32,000 bases of DNA from an uncultured Opitutales bacterium (GTDB lineage: Bacteria > Verrucomicrobiota > Verrucomicrobiia > Opitutales > Intestinicryptomonadaceae): positions 150,001 to 182,000 of the forward strand of contig CAKTSY010000005.1 in the NCBI GenBank assembly GCA_934613415.1, read 5' to 3'. A program made the position numbers and the translations under genes. Below the pieces are notes generated by a model. The model was given only the letters and a program-made list of their open reading frames with translations, did no database searches and was not told the origin of the DNA. Of this stretch, positions 7,634-15,326 are shown piece by piece; the stretch's first letter is position 1, and each line of letters begins with the position of its first letter.

Positions 7634-8854
7634 ATGCCCGAATTTTCGTACAAGGCATTCAACAGTCTCGGCAAGAAAGTGTCGGGCAAAATCCCGGCAA
7701 ACGACAAAAAGTCGGCATTGGCATTGCTGGCAAAACAGTCGCTTAAAGTTGCCGCAATTTGCGAAAACGAAAACATTGCCAAGAGCGAAACCCAAAGCGA
7801 CACAGCCGCCGTTTCGGGCACGGCAAAACTTGCATTGCCTTTTTTTGAAAAGCTAAACTGGCTTTGCAGGGGCGCAATGCCCGTTGCCGACGCCGTAAAA
7901 AGCCTAAGTTTAAGAGCGTTGAACAAAAATTTGGCGGTGTTGTGCAGGGCAATATACAAAAAAATGAGCGAGGGCGAAACGCTTTCGAATGCGTTGGCAA
8001 GCTTCCCGAACATTTTCGACAACACCATAATACACCTGCTGCAGGCGGGCGAAAGCTCGAACAACCTTGTGCCGATTTTTGCCGACATAATAGACTATTT
8101 AAAGGAGAAAAAAGAGCTAAAGGCGAAGTTGCTTCAGGCTGCGGCATATCCTTTATTTTTAATAATAATGGCGTTTTCGGTTGTGCTGTTCTTTTTGTTT
8201 TATATGCTGCCTAAAATAGAGTCTATGATGGAGAATATGGGGGGCGAGCTTTCGCTGCCCGTAAAAATCTTGATGTGGGGCGGCAACTTTGCCCTCGTTT
8301 ACGGGCCCTTTGTTTTGATTGTGGCATTTGCGATATTTTTGGCGGTAAAGACATATTCTAAAACCGAAAGCGGCAAAATTGTTTGCGGCAAATATGCCCT
8401 TAAAATTCCGCTTATAGGCAGAATTTTGCAGTGCGCAGACCTCTGCAAAATAACGGGGCTTTGCTCGATTTTGTTCGGCTCTAGCGTAAATACAACCGAA
8501 ACTTTCAGGCTGGTGGAAAAGGCTATATCGAACCCCTACATAGCGCAAAAATTCAGGCTTTGCCGCGCGGCGATAAACGATGGCGCGGCGATTTCTACAG
8601 CCCTTAAAAAATATGAAATTTTAAGCGACGAAGATTTGGACATTATTTCGGTTGGGGAAAAGACGGGCTCGCTAAAAAACAGTTTTTCGGAGCTTCGCAA
8701 ACTGCAATACGAAACAATGAATTTGCGCATAAAAACCGCCATAACGCTGTTGGCTTCGTCGGCTTTGGCAAGCGCGTTCTTCCTCGTATTTTTAATTGCA
8801 CTGGGCATAGTTTCAAGCGTAATGAACCTAAGCCAAAGCATAATGGCAAAATAA
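7634..8854 (+). CDS. gspF: type II secretion / type IV pilus inner-membrane platform protein (GspF/PilC family)
   Basis: 406 aa, starting 1 nt after the gspE stop. It has two internal T2SSF-type repeats (…LLQAGESSNNL… and …ISVGEKTGSL…) and three hydrophobic helices. Confidence 0.9.
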   Translation: MPEFSYKAFNSLGKKVSGKIPANDKKSALALLAKQSLKVAAICENENIAKSETQSDTAAVSGTAKLALPFFEKLNWLCRGAMPVADAVKSLSLRALNKNLAVLCRAIYKKMSEGETLSNALASFPNIFDNTIIHLLQAGESSNNLVPIFADIIDYLKEKKELKAKLLQAAAYPLFLIIMAFSVVLFFLFYMLPKIESMMENMGGELSLPVKILMWGGNFALVYGPFVLIVAFAIFLAVKTYSKTESGKIVCGKYALKIPLIGRILQCADLCKITGLCSILFGSSVNTTETFRLVEKAISNPYIAQKFRLCRAAINDGAAISTALKKYEILSDEDLDIISVGEKTGSLKNSFSELRKLQYETMNLRIKTAITLLASSALASAFFLVFLIALGIVSSVMNLSQSIMAK

Positions 8855-8885
8855 AAGGGCAAAGCTAAATTGCCTTGCCCTATTA
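8848..8885. terminator. hairpin terminator between convergent gspF and the FGE-like gene (stronger for the minus-strand transcript)
   Basis: Stem 8857-8865 (gggcaaagc) pairs with 8872-8880 (gccttgccc): 9 bp with 1 mismatch, loop taaatt. On the minus strand it is followed directly by ttttatttt (rc of 8848-8856). On the plus strand it is followed by tatt a6 t5. Confidence 0.6.
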
Positions 8886-8902
8886 AAAAATTTTTGGCTT
8901 TT

Positions 8903-10594
8903 CTATTTCTTTTCGACCATAACCCTAAAGCCAGTATCGCGCGAACGCTGGTTTTGGGGAACTTCTTCTGTGCGTTGAGAAAGCATTATATCGGTTGAAG
9001 TTTGAACGCCGCCGCCTATTACCTTTATTATTACGCCGTCGTAGCTTTTTAGATATTCGCACACATTGCCAAGCAGGTCGTAGTAGCCCAAGTCGTTGCA
9101 GCGGCGCGTCATTACTTCGCGGGTTGCCCCGCCAGAGTTTTGCGAATGCCACGCAATTTCGTTTAGGTTAATGTATTTTGTGTCGCCTATTGCCTGGCGG
9201 AAAATCTCCTCGGTAGGCAGAGAAACTTCGCGCCCCATTATCCACGAAAGCCTTGTACAAAAACGTTCGGCATCTTCGTATACCATAAATTCGGCCGGGT
9301 TTTTGCCCGAAGTTTTGTTGCGGCTGGGATTGTCTTGCATTACAAACGAATATAAGTCCTGCCAAACTTCGCACTTCATTAAATTCCATTTTTCGTTATA
9401 AAGCTTGGGGTGCAAATTTTCGTTTACGGTTTTTTGGATTTCGGACAAACCGTTTTTAATGTAGTTTAGATAGCGCAGTTTTAAAATTATTCTTTCGTCT
9501 ATAACGGTGTTGTTTGGATATGCCGCTTTGAATTTTTCGGAGGCATACAACAACGGCTCTATAAGGGGAACAATGTCGGCTATATTGCCGTTTTTTAGAC
9601 CAGACATTATCTTGTTATACTTGTCGCTAAGCAATGCGCCTTCGTCGGCACTAAGCGCCCTTTCCTTTTCAATCTCCCAATTTTTTATATTCTCTTCGGA
9701 ATAGAATTTGCTGTTTACAAAATCCTTATTCAGCTGTTTTTGCGCCTGAATGGCGTCGTGGTAGCAGTCGGCAACCTCCATATTTTTGCCGTTTTTTGCG
9801 GCCGTACGCGCCTTTTCAAGCATTGCCGAAATTTTGTCGCGCAAGTCGGCCGAAAGCAAAGAATCGTACTCTCTTTCAAGGTTTCGCAATCGGGCATGGT
9901 TTGCGTAGCGCAAATCGGGAAAGTTTTGGTGTATCTTGTGCTGGGCATTTATTGCAATGCTGTATTCTTTTTTTGCCCTTTGCCAATCTTTTGCAAGAAC
10001 GGCGGCTTTTGCCGACTCTTCGGCGCGCATTGTCTGTTCGTATAGCGGGCGCGCCTCTAGCAGCTTTATGTTTCGCGACATTTCGCCCGTTTTATATTCG
10101 CTTGAATATTGCGAATTCGGATAGCGCGCGTTAATTTCCGACTGCGCCAAAATAGCCTCTCTATAGGCATCGGCGGCGGCTTCGTAGTTAAGCGCCTTTT
10201 CCATTTCCTTTGCTTTTTGCTCGAAAGAAAGCATTTTGTTGTGCAGTTCGTTTGAACGGAATGTTTCAACAATCTTGCGCATATCGCGCAGCCTTACAAT
10301 TTGCACTCTTTCGACAGATTCGCTTAGGCGTTCGTATTCCTCCAACGCCGAAATTGCGCCCTCTAGCAAACGAATGTCGTCCTCTTTGGGGGCGTTTATG
10401 CCAACGCGTTTTTTGTATTCGTCTTCAACTGCAATAGACTTTACAACCAAATCTTTTGCGGCAGCCTCGCTTACCCTTTTGTCGACATCGGGGGTATCTA
10501 CCGCGCCTTTGGGGCCCATCATGGGCAAGATGTAGGCCGCGCCCAAAAACACGGCCGCCAACAAGATAAAAAATATAACCTTAAATACTTTCAT
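8903..10594 (-). CDS. membrane-anchored protein with helical 67-aa repeats and a C-terminal FGE-sulfatase (SUMF1/GldJ/PvdO-like) domain, probably non-catalytic
   Basis: 563 aa. N-terminal anchor is VIFFILLAAVFLGAAYILPMM. The central region has the repeat Y-x2-AI-x-AQ-x2-[IL]-x3-[FY]P. The C-terminus has FGE-family motifs (VSLPTEEIF, YYDLLGNVCEYL, IGGG, DTGFRVM) but lacks the C-x4-C catalytic pair. Confidence 0.8.
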   Translation of the reverse strand: MKVFKVIFFILLAAVFLGAAYILPMMGPKGAVDTPDVDKRVSEAAAKDLVVKSIAVEDEYKKRVGINAPKEDDIRLLEGAISALEEYERLSESVERVQIVRLRDMRKIVETFRSNELHNKMLSFEQKAKEMEKALNYEAAADAYREAILAQSEINARYPNSQYSSEYKTGEMSRNIKLLEARPLYEQTMRAEESAKAAVLAKDWQRAKKEYSIAINAQHKIHQNFPDLRYANHARLRNLEREYDSLLSADLRDKISAMLEKARTAAKNGKNMEVADCYHDAIQAQKQLNKDFVNSKFYSEENIKNWEIEKERALSADEGALLSDKYNKIMSGLKNGNIADIVPLIEPLLYASEKFKAAYPNNTVIDERIILKLRYLNYIKNGLSEIQKTVNENLHPKLYNEKWNLMKCEVWQDLYSFVMQDNPSRNKTSGKNPAEFMVYEDAERFCTRLSWIMGREVSLPTEEIFRQAIGDTKYINLNEIAWHSQNSGGATREVMTRRCNDLGYYDLLGNVCEYLKSYDGVIIKVIGGGVQTSTDIMLSQRTEEVPQNQRSRDTGFRVMVEKK

Positions 10595-10648
10595 AAAAAC
10601 TTTGTCGCATACACGTTAGCTTAAAATACGGCGTTTTGCCAAACATTT

Positions 10649-13519
10649 TTATAGGTAAATATCGCGCGGTGTGCTTGGCCCTTTTTCGGGGCCGACTACG
10701 CCGCGCTCTTCCAAAATCTCCATAATTCTGGCAGACCTATTGTAGCCTATTTGCAGCTTGCGCTGCAAAAACGAAATACTCGCCTTTTTGTTTGTGCGAA
10801 TAACCTCTATTGCCTTTGGCACCAAAGGGTCGCCCGAATTGTCGGTGTCGTCGTCGCCAGAGCCGTCTTCGCCCTCCAACGCCGAGTCTAAATGGTCTTG
10901 AATTTCCTGAACATATTGCGGCTCGCCGTTAACTTTTAAAGCGTCTACAATCGAAACAATTTCCTGGTCCGACAAAAACGCGCCCTGCGCCCTAACAGGG
11001 TCGGAAGCCCCAGGGGGAACAAAAAGCATATCGCCCGTACCTATAAGCATTTCGGCACCCTTTGCGTCTAATATGGTGCGGCTGTCTACAAGAGCTGCCA
11101 CCCTAAATGCTATACGCGTTGGCAAGTTTGCCTTAATTACGCCTGTAATAACGTTTGTAGAAGGCCTTTGGGTTGCCACAAGCAAGTGCACTCCGGCGGC
11201 TCTGCCTACCTGCGTTAAACGCATTATAAGTGCTTCAACCTCTTTGCCTGCAACCATCATCAAGTCTGCCAACTCGTCTATAATGCAAACAATATAGGGC
11301 AGCTTTGTGTCGGGAATTTTAATTTCGTCTTCGTCGGTCGAAGAATTTTCCTCTTGCATAGAGGCGATTTCGGAACGCTCTTCTGGCGTTAGCGAAGCTT
11401 CGAACTCTTTGGCTTTTTCCGCCTCGCGGTGGTCTTTTAAAATTTTTGCATTAAAGGCTGCAATGTTTCTTACCTGACACTTGCTGAAAATTTCGTACCT
11501 GTTTTTCATTTCCGAAACCAGCCACTTAAGGGCTGCAGGCACGCGCTTTGGGTCGGTTATAACGGGAACAAGCATATGCGGCAATGCGTTGTATACCTGA
11601 AGCTCTACCACCTTTGGGTCTACCATAATAAAGCGCACGTCTTCGGGGGTAAGATGATATAGCATCGAGGCTATTATCGAATTCATACATACGCTTTTGC
11701 CGCTACCAGTAGAGCCTGCAATAAGCGCGTGGGGCATTTTTGCCAAGTCTAGCACTATGGGTTGGCCTGTTACGTCTTTGCCCAAAGCAATGGGTATTTC
11801 GGCCTTCGAATTGTGCCAAGCCGGCGACTGCAAAATGTCTTTAATAAACACTCCCTGCCTGTTTTTGTTTGGAACTTCTATGCCAACTGTTCCCTTGCCC
11901 GGAACCGGGGCAATAACCCTAACTTTTTCGGCAGCCATACCAAGGGCAATGTCTTTTTCCAAGCTTAATATGCGGCTTAGCCTTACGCCCGGGGCGGGCT
12001 TAACTTCGTAGCGTGTAATTACGGGGCCCGTTTGCACAGTTGCGGGCGTAACTTTAATGGAGAATGTTTCCAAAACTTTAATAATTTCGTCCATTCTGCC
12101 CTGATAGTCTTCGCCGCCTTCTATATGTTCGGGGGGCGACGCAAGCAAGTCTAGCGAAGGAAATACATAATCGCCCTTTTTGATGTCTTCTTTTCTAGGC
12201 TCTACAATGTCTACGGGCTTAAAATATTCTATGTTTAATGCCTCTTTCTTTTCGGCGGCAGCCTTTGGCTTTTGGGTTAAAGCCGCCACCTTTTGCGCAG
12301 GCTGTTCTTCGGGCTTAATTTCGGGTTCTACCTGCGGCGGAACTTCAAAAAACTTGTCGTTATCTATGCCGCCGTGTTCGGGCAACTGGTGCGGTTGCTC
12401 TGAGATAGGCTCTAAAATACCCTCGGGCTGTATAGATGCAGACTCTGCGTTTGACTCAACCTCTTGGTTTTGGGCTTTACCTTCGAAGCTAAAAGGCTCA
12501 AAAGAATTATTAGTTTCGGGGTTTTCTAAAGGCTGCTCTGGCACAAAAGTATTGTTTTCAAATTGCGCAAAAGAGCCTTCCTGTTCGAATGGGTTTTGCA
12601 GAACTTGCTCGCCACTTTCGGGGTTTTGCATTTCCTGAGCTTGTTCGACAAAGGGGAAAGCCTCTTGCTCTTGGACATTAGAATCTTGCTGAGGCTGCAT
12701 TTGCTGGGATTCGCCATCATCAGACACGACTTCGCCAAAGGGATTTTGCAAATCAACTTCGTTTTTATCGAAAAGCGGGCTTGCCGATTCGCCATCTTCT
12801 TTTTGCGAAATTTTACGGGGCGCGCGCAGCAAAAACAAGATTGCGCTTCGCAAAAATTTAAGCAGCCACATTGTAAATGCCGCAATGGCGGCTGGTGTTT
12901 TCTTTAAAAGCTCCCAAACATTCTTTGCCAAAACGGAAGGCTGTTCTACAAAAACAACAATAAGGCAGGCAAAATATAGCGCGCTAAACAACAAAGCGCA
13001 ACCGGCAACATTTATTATGGGTTTTAAAAATTTTTCAAAAAGCGGCAAGGCAATAATGCCGCCCCATCCGTTTCTAAAATACGACGAAGAAAAACTTTCT
13101 ATACCCACACTTGGGTTGAAAGCCCTTTGCAAAATTGCGCCCAAAACCGCCAGCGAAAACACCATAAGCGGCATACATACTTTGCCCGAGCAGCTTAAAA
13201 GCCTGGGGCTTCGCTTAAAGCACAACAGGCTTGTCCACAAGCACAAGACAACTATCATATAATACGCGCAGCCGAAAAGCCAAAGCCCGAATGCCGTGAT
13301 TGTAGCCCCAAGCCTGCCGCATATATTCGAGCCCAAACTTTCGCTTGTAGACGACAAAAATCCGAAAATGGAATCTCTAAAAAATATCTCCTGCCCCGGC
13401 TTGTAATCGAAGGCGGCCATTGCAAAAATTATACCTATAAAAATAAGAAACGCGCCAAGAAGGGGCCTTCTTGCGCCCTTAACCTTGTCCATTTCCTCGC
13501 ATTTTGTTTTTTTTGCCAT
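10649..13519 (-). CDS. ftsK: DNA translocase FtsK
   Basis: 956 aa. The N-terminus has 4-5 TM helices, followed by a Q/E/P-rich linker. The motor domain has Walker A GSTGSGKS and Walker B CIIDELADLM. The C-terminal gamma winged helix reads SISFLQRKLQIGYNRSARIMEILEERGVV. Confidence 0.95.
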   Translation of the reverse strand: MAKKTKCEEMDKVKGARRPLLGAFLIFIGIIFAMAAFDYKPGQEIFFRDSIFGFLSSTSESLGSNICGRLGATITAFGLWLFGCAYYMIVVLCLWTSLLCFKRSPRLLSCSGKVCMPLMVFSLAVLGAILQRAFNPSVGIESFSSSYFRNGWGGIIALPLFEKFLKPIINVAGCALLFSALYFACLIVVFVEQPSVLAKNVWELLKKTPAAIAAFTMWLLKFLRSAILFLLRAPRKISQKEDGESASPLFDKNEVDLQNPFGEVVSDDGESQQMQPQQDSNVQEQEAFPFVEQAQEMQNPESGEQVLQNPFEQEGSFAQFENNTFVPEQPLENPETNNSFEPFSFEGKAQNQEVESNAESASIQPEGILEPISEQPHQLPEHGGIDNDKFFEVPPQVEPEIKPEEQPAQKVAALTQKPKAAAEKKEALNIEYFKPVDIVEPRKEDIKKGDYVFPSLDLLASPPEHIEGGEDYQGRMDEIIKVLETFSIKVTPATVQTGPVITRYEVKPAPGVRLSRILSLEKDIALGMAAEKVRVIAPVPGKGTVGIEVPNKNRQGVFIKDILQSPAWHNSKAEIPIALGKDVTGQPIVLDLAKMPHALIAGSTGSGKSVCMNSIIASMLYHLTPEDVRFIMVDPKVVELQVYNALPHMLVPVITDPKRVPAALKWLVSEMKNRYEIFSKCQVRNIAAFNAKILKDHREAEKAKEFEASLTPEERSEIASMQEENSSTDEDEIKIPDTKLPYIVCIIDELADLMMVAGKEVEALIMRLTQVGRAAGVHLLVATQRPSTNVITGVIKANLPTRIAFRVAALVDSRTILDAKGAEMLIGTGDMLFVPPGASDPVRAQGAFLSDQEIVSIVDALKVNGEPQYVQEIQDHLDSALEGEDGSGDDDTDNSGDPLVPKAIEVIRTNKKASISFLQRKLQIGYNRSARIMEILEERGVVGPEKGPSTPRDIYL

Positions 13520-15187
13520 TTATAAATTGTTCTCCAAAAGTTCTTTTGCGTGCGCCAATGCCGAATCCGAATTTCTGTCGCCGAGCATTCTCGCCAATTC
13601 CGAAACCCTTGCGGGCTTGTCTTTGCCTATTTGGCGTATAGATACCTCGGTTGAATTTTCGCCAACCGACTTTTCTACCAGCAAGTGCCAATCGGCTTGG
13701 GCTGCAACCTGTGGCAGGTGTGTAACGCACAAAACCTGATGGTCTTTCGCCAAATTTTTAAGCTCGTGGCCAACCTGCGCGCCTATTTCACCTCCAACGT
13801 TCGAATCTACTTCGTCGAACACCAAAAGCGGGGTTTTGTCGGCGGCGGCAAAGCAGCTTTTTAGCGAAAGCATAACCCTTGCAATTTCGCCGCTGGAAGC
13901 AACTTTTGCAAGTGGGGCTAACTCGTGCCCGGGATTGCCCGAAAACATAAATTCGCAAACGCTGCCGCAATTTTGGTCGAATTCGTTTTGTCTTGTTATA
14001 AAAATCTCGAAACTGGGTTTTTTAAAGCCCAACTTTTTCATTACGCTTAACGCCTGCGTTTGCAAACGCTTTGCGCCCAAGGTTCTGGCTGCAAAAATTT
14101 CGTCGGCATAGGGCTTTAGTTTTGCGTTTATTTCGGCAATGTCTTCGTCTATTTTCGCAAGCGTTTCCTTTACGTTCGACTGCATTGCAACCTTCTTTTT
14201 CAGCGATTCTAAAGCCTCTCTTAAATTTTCGGCCGAAACCCCGTATTTTCGCGAAAGAGAAAGGTATTCGCCCATCTTTGCGTTTATGCTTTCTACTTCG
14301 GCTGCGGTCATATTAGTAGAGTCTGCCAAATCTTTGCAGCTTTGCGCAATGTCGAAAGCCTCTACGCTAAGCGACTGGATTCTGTCGCATATAGATTGTG
14401 CGTCGTCGCCAGCCTGAGCAAAAGACGCCGCCTGCTTATACGCCTTTGCCAAAAGCTGGCAAACCCCGTCGGAGCCGTCTAACAAAGAGTATATTTGCCC
14501 CGCGCTTTCCATAACCTGGCTTGCCGCGCTTGCCAACTTATATTTAGACTCTATTTCGGCAATGTTTTCGTCGGTAGGGTTAAGGGCTTCCAGCGATTTT
14601 ATTTGCGCGTTTATAAATTCAAGCTCGTCGGTGCCAAGCTTGCGCGCGCTTCGCAGTTCTTCGGCCTGTTTTGCAAGGGCGTTTCGCTGCCTTAAAAGCT
14701 CTAAATACGGGCGTTTTTTTGGCGAACTGCCCGAATAAGAGTCTAGCATATCAAGCTGAAAGGCTGTATTTAAAAGCTTTTGCGGCTCACGCGAACCGTG
14801 AAAATCAACCCAAAAACGCCCCAACTTTGTCAAAAGCGAAAGCGTTGCAAACGAACCGTTTACATAGCACTTCGAGGGCTTGTCTTTATAGATTCTTCTT
14901 GAAATTACAAGCTGGCCCTCTTGGCATTTGTTTGCGCCCGATTCCGACAAAAACGCATCTATTTCGTCGCAATCGGCAAAATATAAAACGCCCTCTACAA
15001 GCGAAAATCCGGTGTTCTTAGGTACAAGCTCTTTAGGCGCGCGCGAGCCCGCCAAAAGCGAAATTGCGCTTAACAGCACGCTTTTGCCCGCGCCCGTTTC
15101 GCCCGTAAGAACGCACAAGCCCGAATCGAAATCTATTTGGGCCTTTTTCATTAACGCCAAGTCGGCAATGTTTATCGAGCAGAGCAT
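13520..15187 (-). CDS. recN: DNA repair protein RecN
   Basis: 555 aa. Walker A is GETGAGKS at the N-terminus, followed by a long coiled-coil middle. The C-terminus has the signature ASSGEIARV and Walker B LLVFDEVDSNVGG. The stop abuts the ftsK ATG with zero gap. Confidence 0.93.
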   Translation of the reverse strand: MLCSINIADLALMKKAQIDFDSGLCVLTGETGAGKSVLLSAISLLAGSRAPKELVPKNTGFSLVEGVLYFADCDEIDAFLSESGANKCQEGQLVISRRIYKDKPSKCYVNGSFATLSLLTKLGRFWVDFHGSREPQKLLNTAFQLDMLDSYSGSSPKKRPYLELLRQRNALAKQAEELRSARKLGTDELEFINAQIKSLEALNPTDENIAEIESKYKLASAASQVMESAGQIYSLLDGSDGVCQLLAKAYKQAASFAQAGDDAQSICDRIQSLSVEAFDIAQSCKDLADSTNMTAAEVESINAKMGEYLSLSRKYGVSAENLREALESLKKKVAMQSNVKETLAKIDEDIAEINAKLKPYADEIFAARTLGAKRLQTQALSVMKKLGFKKPSFEIFITRQNEFDQNCGSVCEFMFSGNPGHELAPLAKVASSGEIARVMLSLKSCFAAADKTPLLVFDEVDSNVGGEIGAQVGHELKNLAKDHQVLCVTHLPQVAAQADWHLLVEKSVGENSTEVSIRQIGKDKPARVSELARMLGDRNSDSALAHAKELLENNL

Positions 15188-15230
15188 CTGTTTTAAGTCG
15201 TATAATTTTAGACAGACAATATTGAACGTT

Positions 15231-15246
15231 TTGAAAAATCTTTCAA
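15231..15246. repeat. perfect inverted repeat TTGAAA-aatc-TTTCAA in the recN/MCP divergent region; candidate operator overlapping a candidate recN -35
   Basis: Read directly: 15231-15236 ttgaaa and 15241-15246 tttcaa. On the minus strand TTGAAA is followed after 17 nt by AATATT (15218-15223), about 30 nt upstream of the recN ATG. The function is not established. Confidence 0.3.
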
Positions 15247-15326
15247 GTTTTGTTAAGCTTTTTCTTTATTCTTGAAGAAAAGCCTAATCGCGTCAATATA
15301 AAGGCAATAACAAACAAATTTTTTAT

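Noticed and set aside
9238-9246. DnaA-box-like ttatccacg
   Set aside because: It is a single 8/9 match inside a coding region with no clustering and no AT-rich unwinding element, so it is a chance occurrence.
11900-12800. Q/E/P-rich region of FtsK with recurring (L/M)(Q/E)NP(F/E) motifs
   Set aside because: FtsK linkers are generally long, low-complexity, Pro/Gln-rich and hypervariable, so there is nothing beyond the family norm.
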